Assembly: GCA_040285855.1 (NCBI GenBank)
Contig: JAUFOQ010000018.1
Coordinates: 186,001-250,000 of the forward strand
Length of the DNA stretch: 64,000 nt
Origin: Eukaryota sp. GEM-RC1
Lineage: Eukaryota
Direction: 5' to 3'
Part shown: piece by piece, positions 45,701 through 60,700 of the stretch
Layout: each line of letters opens with the position of its first letter
Numbering within the stretch: position 1 is the first letter of the stretch
Position numbers and translations under genes: made by a program
Notes under the pieces: model-generated
What the model was told of the DNA's origin: nothing
Database searches by the model: none
Seen by the model: only the letters and a program-made list of their open reading frames with translations

Positions 45701-48700
45701 ATCTGAGGATGGAAGGACTTCGTCTTCCCGCAAGGATGGGGATGTGGGTTTGGATACTCATTTCTGTAATTTCAGACCGTATCTCAAGCTTGTTAGAGAA
45801 GTATAGAGTAAGCGATGCTGACAGTAGCAGTACTCCGCGTTCCGAAAGTCATGATGTTGTTGTAACAGCGTCTCCTCTCCCTATTCTTCCCTCGTAGAAA
45901 TAGTTTTAATAAAGAAAGCATTCCTGATGTTGTTCCAGTTCCTCAAAAGAGGTCAACTGAAGTGGTTGAAGAGATTCGCAAGTTACAGGAATCTCTCGCC
46001 AAAGAGCAGTCTAGAAGACTCGAAGCAGAACAGAAGCTTCTTGTTGAAAAGGAACTTCTAGCTCGTAAGATGAGTCTCTCTTCTAGAAGATCGAGGCAAC
46101 AAAGTTGTCTTGTGTGGGATGTGATTGCTATCTTTGGAATACCGTTTTGTATCCATAGTGATAATGGTACGGAGTTTGCCAATGCTATTTTCGAGGCAAT
46201 ATGTAACCTACTGGCGATTGAAGTAAGTCGTTCGATTCCTCATTTCTCCCAGAGTAATGGACTGGTGGAACGACGTCACAGAGACGTTCTGCAAAGCCTA
46301 CGTCGTCTTCTTGTGGACTTCAATGATTATGACAATTGGTCAACGTACATTCCAACTGTACAGTTGCAGATCAACGCAACAAAGAGTTCAATAACTGGAC
46401 ATACTCCTTACGAACTGATGTTTGGTTGTGACATAAGTCCTGGTGCAGATCCTAGTAGTTTACTAGATGCTGTTGAGAAATCAACAAAGAATGTTCCGTT
46501 TATTGACGACATTAAAACGAAACTAGAACGTTTAACGAAACAAAGAGAAGAGGCAGAGGATCGTCAATCAGTACTCAAGCCTAAGAAGAAGTCTAACACT
46601 AGTCAATCATTTAAGATTGGAGATCTTGTGTTAAAGGTCGTCAAAACTAGTAAGCTCCATGGAAACTACACTGGACCTTTTCTAGTTGTCTCAGTTGATT
46701 CAAAATCTTTGTTTCATTAAAAAATCTGATCACTATATATGTTAGTAAGACTAGCATTCATCAATGTAAGATCTTTCAATCAGATTTACCTGCTGATTAT
46801 GATCTCCACAGAGCAATTGCTTCTGGGAATTCTGAAGAACACATCGTGGTTAAGATGCTAGATAGGTTTGATACACCCGATGGTGAACTCTGCACTGTAC
46901 TTTGGTTTGGCGGTGATACTACATCAGTTCCCATCAAGGACATCAAGAACACCAAAGCGTATAGTGACTTTGTAAAATTAGACAATTTAGATTTATTTCG
47001 TAACAATAGAAACAGGTCTAGTAATAACAATACTAAGCATAAACCCACCTCCAGAAGTAAGAGTACTCCAAAGACGTCTTCCAAAGTTAAGGCACCTGTA
47101 GCAAAGAGAACTAGGAGCTCGAAAGGAGAGAAGAAGTAATGTTAGCCACAGGTGTTAGTGAAGTGTTACAAGATCATATGATTTTATTTATAAACATCAT
47201 TTCCCTACCCTTTGTAGCCAAACGGTATCAATAATTATTGTCCAAGATGGTGAAGAAAAGGACTACTAACCCCCCAAAAGCGGGAAACAAAACTAATCGA
47301 AGAAACAAACCTTTGACAAGATCTAAGTCTAGCTCCAAAATGTCTTCCCGTCGAAAGGAGCCATTGGTTCCTGAGACAGAAGAGTCAGTTGACTCGTCGG
47401 ACTTTGAAAGTGACCCATCTGAGGATGGATGCCTGTCTGAGGACGGATGCCTATCTGAGGATAGAAGCCCCACTTCCCACAAGTAGGTGACGGAAATCTC
47501 ACCTGAGGTTGGTGAATCTACTTCTCGTAGAGTTGTAGATGTTCAACCTGAAGGTGGATGCCCATCTGAGGATGGAAGGACTTCGTCTTCCCGCAAGGAT
47601 GGCGAAGTGGGTTTGGATACTCATTTCTGTAATTTCAGACCGTATCTCAAGCTTGTTAGAGAAGTATAGAGTAAGCGATGCTGACAGTAGCAGTACTCCG
47701 CGTTCCGAAAGTCATGATGTTGTTGTAACAGCGTCTCCTCTCCCTATTCTTCCTCGTAGAAATAGTTTTAATAAAGAAAGCATTCCTGATGTTGTTCCAG
47801 TTCCTCAAAAGAGGGCAACTGAAGTGGTTGAAGAGATTCGCAAGTTACAGGAATCTCTCGCCAAAGAGCAGTCTAGAAGACTCGAAGCAGAACAGAAGCT
47901 TTTATTTGAAAAGGAACTTCTAGCTCGTAAGATGAGTCTCTCTCCAGAAGATCGAGGCAACAAAGTCGTCTTGTGTGGGATGTGATTGCTATCTTTGGAA
48001 TACCGTTTTGTATCCATAGTGATAATGGTACGGAGTTTGCCAATGCTATTTTCGAGGCAATATGTAACCTACTGGCGATTGAAGTAGGTCGTTCGATTCC
48101 TCATTTCTCCCAGAGTAATGGACTGGTGGAACGACGTCACAGAGACGTTCTGCAAAGCCTACGTCGTCTTCTTGTGGACTTCAATGATTATGACAATTGG
48201 TCAACGTACATTCCAACTGTACAGTTGCAGATCAACGCAACAAAGAGTTCAATAACTGGACATACTCCTTACGAACTGATGTTTGGTTGTGACATAAGTC
48301 CTGGTGCAGATCCTAGTAGTTTACTAGATGCTGTTGAGAAATCAACAAAGAATGTTCCGTTTATTGACGACATTAAAACGAAACTAGAACGTTTAACGAA
48401 ACAAAGAGAAGAGGCAGAGGATCGTCAATCAGTACTCAAGCCTAAGAAGAAGTCTAACACTAGTCAATCATTTAAGATTGGAGATCTTGTGTTAAAGGTC
48501 GTCAAAACTAGTAAGCTCCATGGAAACTACACTGGACCTTTTCTAGTTGTCTCAGTTGATTCAAAATCTTTGTTTCATTAAAAAATCTGATCACTATATA
48601 TGTTAGTAAGACTAGCATCCATCAATGTAAGATCTTTCAATCAGATCTACCTGCTGATCATGATCTCCACAGAGCAATTGCTTCTGGGAATTCTGAAGAA

Positions 48701-51700
48701 CACATCGTGGTTAAGATGCTAGATAGGTTTGATACACCCGATGGTGAACTCTGCACAGTACTTTGGTTTGGCGGTGATACTACATCAGTTCCCATCAAGG
48801 ACATCAAGAACACCAAAGCGTATAGTGACTTTGTAAAATTAGACAATTTAGATTTATTTCGTAACAATAGAAACAGGTCTAGTAATAACAATACTAAGCA
48901 TAAACCCACCTCCAGAAGTAAGAGTACTCCAAAGACGTCTTCCAAAGTTAAGGCACCTGTAGCAAAGAGAACTAGGAGCTCGAAAGGAGAGAAGAAGTAA
49001 TGTTAGCCACAGGTGTTAGTGAAGTGTTACAAGATCATATGATTTTATTTATAAACATCTTTTCCCTACCCTTTGTAGCCAAACGGTATCAATAAATATA
49101 GTCCAAGATGGTGAAGAAAGGACTACTAACCCCCCAAAAGCGGGAAACAAAACTAATCGAAGAAACAACCCTTTGACAAGATCTAAGTCTAGCTCCAAAA
49201 TGTCTTCCCGTCGAAAGGAGCCATTGGTTCCTGAGACAGAAGAGTCAGTTGACTCGTCGGACTTTGAAAGTGACCCATCTGAGGATGGATGCCTGTCTGA
49301 GGACGGATGCCTATCTGAGGATAGAAGCCCCACTTCCCACAAGTAGGTGACGGAAATCTCACCTGAGGTTGGTGAATCTACTTCTCGTAGAGTTGTAGAT
49401 GTTCAACCTGAAGGTGGATGCCCATCTGAGGATGGAAGGACTTCGTCTTCCCGCAAGGATGGCGAAGTGGGTTTGGATACTCATTTCTGTAATTTCAGAC
49501 CGTATCCCAAGCTTGTTAGAGAAGTATAGAGTAAGCGATGCTGACAGTAGCAGTACTCCGCATTCCGAGAGTCATGATGTTGTTGTAACAGCGTCTCCTC
49601 TCCCCATTCTTCCTCGTAGAAATAGTTTTAATAAAGAAAGCATTCCCGATGTTGTTCCAGTTCCTCAAAAGAGGTCAACTGAAGTGGTTGAAGAGATTCG
49701 CAAGTTACAGGAATCTTTCGCCAAACAGCAGTCTAGAAGACTCGAAGCAGAACAGAAGCTTTTATTTGAAAAGGAACTTCTAGCTCGTAAGATGAGTCTC
49801 TCTTTTGCAGAAGATCGAGGCAACAAAGTTGTCTTGTGTGGGATGTGATTGCTATCTTTGGAATACCGTTTTGTATCCATAGTGATAATGGTACGGAGTT
49901 TGCCAATGCTATTTTCGAGGCAATATGTAACCTACTGGCGATTGAAGTAAGTCGTTCGATTCCTCATTTCTCCCAGAGTAATGGACTGGTGGAACGACGT
50001 CACAGAGACGTTCTGCAAAGCCTACGTCGTCTTCTTGTGGACTTCAATGATTATGACAATTGGTCAACGTACATTCCAACTGTACAGTTGCAGATCAACG
50101 CAACAAAGAGTTCAATAACTGGACATACTCCTTACGAACTGATGTTTGGTTGTGACATAAGTCCTGGTGCAGATCCTAGTAGTTTACTAGATGCTGTTGA
50201 GAAATCAACAAAGAATGTTCCGTTTATTGACGACATTAAAACGAAACTAGAACGTTTAACGAAACAAAGAGAAGAGGCAGAGGATCGTCAATCAGTACTC
50301 AAGCCTAAGAAGAAGTCTAACACTAGTCAATCATTTAAGATTGGAGATCTTGTGTTAAAGGTCGTCAAAACTAGTAAGCTCCATGGAAACTACACTGGAC
50401 CTTTTCTAGTTGTCTCAGTTGATTCAAAATCTTTGTTTCATTAAAAAATCTGATCACTATATATGTTAGTAAGACTAGCATTCATCAATGTAAGATCTTT
50501 CAATCAGATTTACCTGCTGATTATGATCTCCACAGAGCAATTGCTTCTGGGAATTCTGAAGAACACATCGTGGTTAAGATGCTAGATAGGTTTGATACAC
50601 CCGATGGTGAACTCTGCACTGTACTTTGGTTTGGCGGTGATACTACATCAGTTCCCATCAAGGACATCAAGAACACCAAAGCGTATAGTGACTTTGTAAA
50701 ATTAGACAATTTAGATTTATTTCGTAACAATAGAAACAGGTCTAGTAATAACAATACTAAGCATAAACCCACCTCCAGAAGTAAGAGTACTCCAAAGACG
50801 TCTTCCAAAGTTAAGGCACCTGTAGCAAAGAGAACTAGGAGCTCGAAAGGAGAGAAGAAGTAATGTTAGCCACAGGTGTTAGTGAAGTGTTACAAGATCA
50901 TATGATTTTATTTATAAACATCTTTTCCCTACCCTTTGTAGCCAAACGGTATCAATAATTATTGTCCAAGATGGTGAAGAAAAGGACTACTAACCCCCCA
51001 AAAGCGGGAAACAAAACTAATCGAAGAAACAAACCTTTGACAAGATCTAAGTCTAGCTCCAAAATGTCTTCCCGTCGAAAGGAGCCATTGGTTCCTGAGA
51101 CAGAAGAGTCAGTTGACTCGTCGGACTTTGAAAGTGACCCATCTGAGGATGGATGCCTGTCTGAGGACGGATGCCTATCTGAGGATAGAAGCCCCACTTC
51201 CCACAAGTAGGTGACGGAAATCTCACCTGAGGTTGGTGAATCTACTTCTCGTAGAGTTGTAGATGTTCAACCTGAAGGTGGATGCCCATCTGAGGATGGA
51301 AGGACTTCGTCTTCCCGCAAGGATGGCGAAGTGATTTTGGATACTCATTTCTGTAATTTCAGACCGTATCTCAAGCTTGTTAGAGAAGTATAGAGTAAGC
51401 GATGCTGACAGTAGCAGTACTCCGCGTTCCGAAAGTCATGATGTTGTTGTAACAGCGTCACCTCTCCCTATTCTTCCTCGTAGAAATAGTTTTAATAAAG
51501 AAAGCATTCCTGATGTTGTTCCAGTTCCTCAAAAGAGGGCAACTGAAGTGGTTGAAGAGATTCGCAAGTTACAGGAATCTCTCGCCAAAGAGCAGTCTAG
51601 AAGACTCGAAGCAGAACAGAAGCTTTTATTTGAAAAGGAACTTCTAGCTCGTAAGATGAGTCTCTCTCCAGAAGATCGAGGCAACAAAGTCGTCTTGTGT

Positions 51701-54700
51701 GGGATGTGATTGCTATCTTTGGAATACCGTTTTGTATCCATAGTGATAATGGTATGGAGTTTGCCAATGCTATTTTCGAGGCAATATGTAACCTACTGGC
51801 GATTGAAGTAAGTCGTTCGATTCCTCATTTCTCCCAGAGTAATGGACTGGTGGAACGACGTCACAGAGACGTTCTGCAAAGCCTACGTCGTCTTCTTGTG
51901 GACTTCAATGATTATGACAATTGGTCAACGTACATTCCAACTGTACAGTTGCAGATCAACGCAACAAAGAGTTCAATAACTGGACATACTCCTTACGAAC
52001 TGATGTTTGGTTGTGACATAAGTCCTGGTGCAGATCCTAGTAGTTTACTAGATGCTGTTGAGAAATCAACAAAAAATGTTCCGTTTATTGACGACATTAA
52101 AACGAAACTAGAACGTTTAACGAAACAAAGAGAAGAGGCAGAGGATCGTCAATCAGTACTCAAGCCTAAGAAGAAGTCTAACACTAGTCAATCATTTAAG
52201 ATTGGAGATCTTGTGTTAAAGGTCGTCAAAACTAGTAAGCTCTATGGAAACTACACTGGACCTTTTCTAGTTGTCTCAGTTTATTCAAAATCTTTGTTTG
52301 ATTAAAAAATCTGATCACTGGATATGTTAGTAAGACTAGCATTCATCAATGTAAGATCTTACAATCAGATCTACCTGCTGATCATGATCTCCACAGAGCA
52401 ATTGCTTCTGGGGATTCTGAAGAACACATCGTGGTTAAGATGCTAGATAGGTTTGATACACCCGATGGTGAATTCTGCACTGTACTTTGGTTTGGTGGTG
52501 ATACTACATCAGTTCCCATCAAGGACATCAAGAACACCAAAGCGTATAGTGACTTTGTAAAATTAGACAATTTAGATTTATTTCGTAACAATAGAAACAG
52601 GTCTAGTAATAACAATACTAAGCATAAACCCACCTCCAGAAGTAAGAGTACTCCAAAGACGTCTTCCAAAGTTAAGGCACCTGTAGCAAAGAGAACTAGG
52701 AGCTCGAAAGGAGAGAAGAAGTAATGTTAGCCACAGGTGTTAGTGAAGTGTTACAAGATCATATGATTTTATTTATAAACATCTTTTCCCTACCCTTTGT
52801 AGCCAAACGGTATCAATAATTATTGTCCAAGATGGTGAAGAAAAGGACTACTAACCCCCCAAAAGCGGGAAACAAAACTAATCGAAGAAACAAACCTTTG
52901 ACAAGATCTAAGTCTAGCTCCAAAATGTCTTCCCGTCGAAAGGAGCCATTGGTTCCTGAGACAGAAGAGTCAGTTGACTCGTCGGACTTTGAAAGTGACC
53001 CATCTGAGGATGGATGCCTGTCTGAGGACGGATGCCTATCTGAGGATAGAAGCCCCACTTCCCACAAGTAGGTGACGGAAATCTCACCTGAGGTTGGTGA
53101 ATCTACTTCTCGTAGAGTTGTAGATGTTCAACCTGAAGGTGGATGCCCATCTGAGGATGGAAGGACTTCGTCTTCCCGCAAGGATGGCGAAGTGGGTTTG
53201 GATACTCATTTCTGTAATTTCAGACCGTATCCCAAGCTTGTTAGAGAAGTATAGAGTAAGCGATGCTGACAGTAGCAGTACTCCGCATTCCGAGAGTCAT
53301 GATGTTGTTGTAACAGCGTCTCCTCTCCCCATTCTTCCCTCGTAGAAATAGTTTTAATAAAGAAAGCATTCCCGATGTTGTTCCAGTTCCTCAAAGAGGT
53401 CAACTGAAGTGGTTGAAGAGATTTGCAAGTTACAGGAATCTTTCGCCAAACAGCAGTCTAGAAGACTCGAAGCAGAACAGAAGCTTTTATTTGAAAAGGA
53501 ACTTCTAGCTCGTAAGATGAGTCTCTCTCCAGAAGATCGAGGCAACAAAGTCGTCTTGTGTGGGATGTGATTGCTATCTTTGGAATACCGTTTTGTATCC
53601 ATAGTGATAATGGTACGGAGTTTGCCAATGCTATTTTCGAGGCAATATGTAACCTACTGGCGATTGAAGTAAGTCGTTCGATTCCTCATTTCTCCCAGAG
53701 TAATGGACTGGTGGAACGACGTCACAGAGACGTTCTGCAAAGCCTACGTCGTCTTCTTGTGGACTTCAATGATTATGACAATTGGTCAACGTACATTCCA
53801 ACTGTACAGTTGCAGATCAACGCAACAAAGAGCTCAATAACTGGACATACTCCTTACGAACTGATGTTTGGTTGTGACATAGTCCTGGTGCAGATCCTAG
53901 TAGTTTACTAGATGCTGTTGAGAAATCAACAAAGAATGTTCAGTTTATTGACGACATTAAAACGAAACTAGAACGTTTAACGAAACAAAGAGAAGAGGCA
54001 GAGGATCGTCAATCAGTACTCAAGCCTAAGAAGAAGTCTAACACTAGTCAATCATTTAAGATTGGAGATCTTGTGTTAAAGGTCGTCAAAACTAGTAAGC
54101 TCTATGAAAACTACACTGGACCTTTTCTAGTTGTCTCAGTTTATTCAAAATCTTTGTTTGATTAAAAAATCTGATCACTGGATATGTTAGTAAGACTAGC
54201 ATTCATCAATGTAAGATCTTACAATCAGATCTACCTGCTGATCATGATCTCCACAGAGCAATTGCTTCTGGGGATTCTGAAGAACACATCGTGGTTAAGA
54301 TGCTAGATAGGTTTGATACACCCGATGGTGAATTCTGCACTGTACTTTGGTTTGGTGGTGATACTACATCAGTTCCCATCAAGGACATCAAGAACACCAA
54401 AGCGTATAGTGACTTTGTAAAATTAGACAATTTAGATTTATTTCGTAACAATAGAAACAGGTCTAGTAATAACAATACTAAGCATAAACCCACCTCCAGA
54501 AGTAAGAGTACTCCAAAGACGTCTTCCAAAGTTAAGGCACCTGTAGCAAAGAGAACTAGGAGCTCGAAAGGAGAGAAGAAGTAATGTTAGCCACAGGTGT
54601 TAGTGAAGTGTTACAAGATCATATGATTTTATTTATAAACATCTTTTCCCTACCCTTTGTAGCCAAACGGTATCAATAATTATTGTCCAAGATGGTGAAG

Positions 54701-57700
54701 AAAGGACTACTAACCCCCCAAAAGCGGGAAACAAAACTAATCGAAGAAACAAACCTTTGACAAGATCTAAGTCTAGCTCCAAAATGTCTTCCCGTCGAAA
54801 GGAGCCATTGGTTCCTGAGACAGAAGAGTCAGTTGACTCGTCGGACTTTGAAAGTGACCCATCTGAGGATGGATGCCTGTCTGAGGACGGATGCCTATCT
54901 GAGGATAGAAGCCCCACTTCCCACAAGTAGGTGACGGAAATCTCACCTGAGGTTGGTGAATCTACTTCTCGTAGAGTTGTAGATGTTCAACCTGAAGGTG
55001 GATACCCATCTGAGGATGGAAGGACTTCGTCTTCCCGCAAGGATGGCGAAGTGGGTTTGGATACTCATTTCTGTAATTTCAGACCGTATCCCAAGCTTGT
55101 TAGAGAAGTATAGAGTAAGCGATGCTGACAGTAGCAGTTCTCGGCATTCCGAGAGTCATGATGTTGTTGTAACAGCGTCTCCTCTCCCCATTCTTCCTCG
55201 TAGAAATAGTTTTAATAAAGAAAGCATTCCCGATGTTGTTCCAGTTCCTCAAAAGAGGTCAACTGAAGTGGTTGAAGAGATTCGCAAGTTACAGGAATCT
55301 TTCGCCAAACAGCAGTCTAGAATACTCGAAGCAGAACAGAAGCTTTTATTTGAAAAGGAACTTCTAGCTCGTAAGATGAGTCTCTCTCCAGAAGATCGAG
55401 GCAACAAAGTCGTCTTGTGTGGGATGTGATTGCTATCTTTGGAATACCGTTTTGTATCCATAGTGATAATGGTACGGAGTTTGCCAATGCTATTTTCGAG
55501 GCAATATGTAACCTACTGGCGATTGAAGTAAGTCGTTCGATTCCTCATTTCTCCCAGAGTAATGGACTGGTGGAACGACGTCACAGAGACGTTCTGCAAA
55601 GCCTACGTCGTCTTCTTGTGGACTTCAATGATTATGACAATTGGTCAACGTACATTCCAACTGTACAGTTGCAGATCAACGCAACAAAGAGTTCAATAAC
55701 TGGACATACTCCTTACGAACTGATGTTTGGTTGTGACATAAGTCCTGGTGCAGATCCTAGTAGTTTACTAGATGCTGTTGAGAAATCAACAAAGAATGTT
55801 CCGTTTATTGACGACATTAAAACGAAACTAGAACGTTTAACGAAACAAAGAGAAGAGGCAGAGGATCGTCAATCAGTACTCAAGCCTAAGAAGAAGTCTA
55901 ACACTAGTCAATCATTTAAGATTGGAGATCTTGTGTTAAAGGTCGTCAAAACTAGTAAGCTCCATGGAAACTACACTGGACCTTTTCTAGTTGTCTCAGT
56001 TGATTCAAAATCTTTGTTTCATTAAAAATCTGATCACTATATATGTTAGTAAGACTAGCATTCATCAATGTAAGATCTTTCAATCAGATCTACCTGCTGA
56101 TCATGATCTCCACAGAGCAATTGCTTCTGGGAATTCTGAAGAACACATCGTGGTTAAGATGCTAGATAGGTTTGATACACCCGATGGTGAACTCTGCACT
56201 GTACTTTGGTTTGGTGGTGATACTACATCAGTTCCCATCAAGGACATCAAGAACACCAAAGCGTATAGTGACTTTGTAAAATTAGACAATTTAGATTTAT
56301 TTCGTAACAATAGAAACAGGTCTAGTAATAACAATACTAAGCATAAACCCACCTCCAGAAGTAAGAGTACTCCAAAGACGTCTTCCAAAGTTAAGACACC
56401 TGTAGCAAAGAGAACTAGGAGCTCGAAAGGAGAGAAGAAGTAATGTTAGCCACAGGTGTTAGTGAAGTGTTACAAGATCATATGATTTTATTTATAAACA
56501 TCTTTTCCCTACCCTTTGTAGCCAAACGGTATCAATAAATATAGTCCAAGATGGTGAAGAAAAGGACTACTAACCCCCCAAAAGCGGGAAACAAAACTAA
56601 TCGAAGAAACAACCCTTTGACAAGATCTAGGTCTAGCTCCAAAATGTCTTCCCGTCGAAAGGAGCCATTGGTTCCTGAGACAGAAGAGTCAGTTGACTCG
56701 TCGGACTTTGAAAGTGACCCATCTGAGGATGGATGCCTGTCTGAGGACGGATGCCTATCTGAGGATAGAAGCCCCACTTCCCACAAGTAGGTGACGGAAA
56801 TCTCACCTGAGGTTGGTGAATCTACTTCTCGTAGAGTTGTAGATGTTCAACCTGAAGGTGGATGCCCATCTGAGGATGGAAGGACTTCGTCTTCCCGCAA
56901 GGATGGCGAAGTGGGTTTGGATACTCATTTCTGTAATTTCAGACCGTATCTCAAGCTTGTTAGAGAAGTATAGAGTAAGCAATGCTGACAGTAGCAGTAC
57001 TCCGCGTTCCGAAAGTCATGATGTTGTTGTAACAGCGTCTCCTCTCCCTATTCTTCCTCGTAGAAATAGTTTTAATAAAGAAAGCATTCCTGATGTTGTT
57101 CCAGTTCCTCAAAAGAGGGCAACTGAAGTGGTTGAAGAGATTCGCAAGTTACAGGAATCTCTCGCCAAAGAGCAGTCTAGAAGACTCGAAGCAGAACAGA
57201 AGCTTTTATTTGAAAAGGAACTTCTAGCTCGTAAGATGAGTCTCTCTCCAGAAGATCGAGGCAACAAAGTCGTCTTGTGTGGGATGTGATTGCTATCTTT
57301 GGAATACCGTTTTGTATCCATAGTGATAATGGTACGGAGTTTGCCAATGCTATTTTCGAGGCAATATGTAACCTACTGGCGATTGAAGTAAGTCGTTCGA
57401 TTCCTCATTTCTCCCAGAGTAATGGACTGGTGGAACGACGTCACAGAGACGTTCTGCAAAGCCTACGTCGTCTTCTTGTGGACTTCAATGATTATGACAA
57501 TTGGTCAACGTACATTCCAACTGTACAGTTGCAGATCAACGCAACAAAGAGTTCAATAACTGGACATACTCCTTACGAACTGATGTTTGGTTGTGACATA
57601 AGTCCTGGTGCAGATCCTAGTAGTTTACTAGATGCTGTTGAGAAATCAACAAAGAATGTTCCGTTTATTGACGACATTAAAACGAAACTAGAACGTTTAA

Positions 57701-60700
57701 CGAAACAAAGAGAAGAGGCAGAGGATCGTCAATCAGTACTCAAGCCTAAGAAGAAGTCTAACACTAGTCAATCATTTAAGATTGGAGATCTTGTGTTAAA
57801 GGTCGTCAAAACTAGTAAGCTCCATGGAAACTACACTGGACCTTTTCTAGTTGTCTCAGTTGATTCAAAATCTTTGTTTCATTAAAAATCTGATCACTAT
57901 ATATGTTAGTAAGACTAGCATTCATCAATGTAAGATCTTTCAATCAGATCTACCTGCTGATCATGATCTCCACAGAGCAATTGCTTCTGGGAATTCTGAA
58001 GAACACATCGTGGTTAAGATGCTAGATAGGTTTGATACACCCGATGGTGAACTCTGCACTGTACTTTGGTTTGGTGGTGATACTACATCAGTTCCCATCA
58101 AGGACATCAAGAACACCAAAGCGTATAGTGACTTTGTAAAATTAGACAATTTAGATTTATTTCGTAACAATAGAAACAGGTCTAGTAATAACAATACTAA
58201 GCATAAACCCACCTCCAGAAGTAAGAGTACTCCAAAGACGTCTTCCAAAGTTAAGACACCTGTAGCAAAGAGAACTAGGAGCTCGAAAGGAGAGAAGAAG
58301 TAATGTTAGCCACAGGTGTTAGTGAAGTGTTACAAGATCATATGATTTTATTTATAAACATCTTTTCCCTACCCTTTGTAGCCAAACGGTATCAATAAAT
58401 ATAGTCCAAGATGGTGAAGAAAAGGACTACTAACCCCCCAAAAGCGGGAAACAAAACTAATCGAAGAAACAACCCTTTGACAAGATCTAAGTCTAGCTCC
58501 AAAATGTCTTCCCGTCGAAAGGAGCCATTGGTTCCTGAGACAGAAGAGTCAGTTGACTCGTCGGACTTTGAAAGTGACCCATCTGAGGATGGATGCCTGT
58601 CTGAGGACGGATGCCTATCTGAGGATAGAAGCCCCACTTCCCACAAGTAGGTGACGGAAATCTCACCTGAGGTTGGTGAATCTACTTCTCGTAGAGTTGT
58701 AGATGTTCAACCTGAAGGTGGATGCCCATCTGAGGATGGAAGGACTTCGTCTTCCCGCAAGGATGGCGAAGTGGGTTTGGATACTCATTTCTGTAATTTC
58801 AGACCGTATCTCAAGCTTGTTAGAGAAGTATAGAGTAAGCAATGCTGACAGTAGCAGTACTCCGCGTTCCGAAAGTCATGATGTTGTTGTAACAGCGTCT
58901 CCTCTCCCTATTCTTCCTCGTAGAAATAGTTTTAATAAAGAAAGCATTCCTGATGTTGTTCCAGTTCCTCAAAAGAGGGCAACTGAAGTGGTTGAAGAGA
59001 TTCGCAAGTTACAGGAATCTCTCGCCAAAGAGCAGTCTAGAAGACTCGAAGCAGAACAGAAGCTTTTATTTGAAAAGGAACTTCTAGCTCGTAAGATGAG
59101 TCTCTCTCCAGAAGATCGAGGCAACAAAGTCGTCTTGTGTGGGATGTGATTGCTATCTTTGGAATACCGTTTTGTATCCATAGTGATAATGGTACGGAGT
59201 TTGCCAATGCTATTTTCGAGGCAATATGTAACCTACTGGCGATTGAAGTAAGTCGTTCGATTCCTCATCTCCCAGAGTAATGGACTGGTGGAACGACGTC
59301 ACAGAGACGTTCTGCAAAGCCTACGTCGTCTTCTTGTGGACTTCAATGATTATGACAATTGGTCAACGTACATTCCAACTGTACAGTTGCAGATCAACGC
59401 AACAAAGAGTTCAATAACTGGACATACTCCTTACGAACTGATGTTTGGTTGTGACATAAGTCCTGGTGCAGATCCTAGTAGTTTACTAGATGCTGTTGAG
59501 AAATCAACAAAGAATGTTCCGTTTATTGACGACATTAAAACGAAACTAGAACGTTTAACGAAACAAAGAGAAGAGGCAGAGGATCGTCAATCAGTACTCA
59601 AGCCTAAGAAGAAGTCTAACACTAGTCAATCATTTAAGATTGGAGATCTTGTGTTAAAGGTCGTCAAAACTAGTAAGCTCCATGGAAACTACACTGGACC
59701 TTTTCTAGTTGTCTCAGTTGATTCAAAATCTTTGTTTCATTAAAAATCTGATCACTATATATGTTAGTAAGACTAGCATTCATCAATGTAAGATCTTTCA
59801 ATCAGATCTACCTGCTGATCATGATCTCCACAGAGCAATTGCTTCTGGGAATTCTGAAGAACACATCGTGGTTAAGATGCTAGATAGGTTTGATACACCC
59901 GATGGTGAACTCTGCACTGTACTTTGGTTTGGTGGTGATACTACATCAGTTCCCATCAAGGACATCAAGAACACCAAAGCGTATAGTGACTTTGTAAAAT
60001 TAGACAATTTAGATTTATTTCGTAACAATAGAAACAGGTCTAGTAATAACAATACTAAGCATAAACCCACCTCCAGAAGTAAGAGTACTCCAAAGACGTC
60101 TTCCAAAGTTAAGGCACCTGTAGCAAAGAGAACTAGGAGCTCGAAAGGAGAGAAGAAGTAATGTTAGCCACAGGTGTTAGTGAAGTGTTACAAGATCATA
60201 TGATTTTATTTATAAACATCTTTTCCCTACCCTTTGTAGCCAAACGGTATCAATAAATATAGTCCAAGATGGTGAAGAAAGGACTACTAACCCCCAAAGC
60301 GGGAAACAAAACTAATCGAAGAAACAAACCTTTGACAAGATCTAAGTCTAGCTCCAAAATGTCTTCCCGTCGAAAGGAGCCATTGGTTCCTGAGACAGAA
60401 GAGTCAGTTGACTCGTCGGACTTTGAAAGTGACCCATCTGAGGATGGATGCCTGTCTGAGGACGGATGCCTATCTGAGGATAGAAGCCCCACTTCCCACA
60501 AGTAGGTGACGGAAATCTCACCTGAGGTTGGTGAATCTACTTCTCGTAGAGTTGTAGATGTTCAACCTGAAGGTGGATGCCCATCTGAGGATGGAAGGAC
60601 TTCGTCTTCCCGCAAGGATGGCGAAGTGGGTTTGGATACTCATTTCTGTAATTTCAGACCGTATCCCAAGCTTGTTAGAGAAGTATAGAGTAAGCGATGC

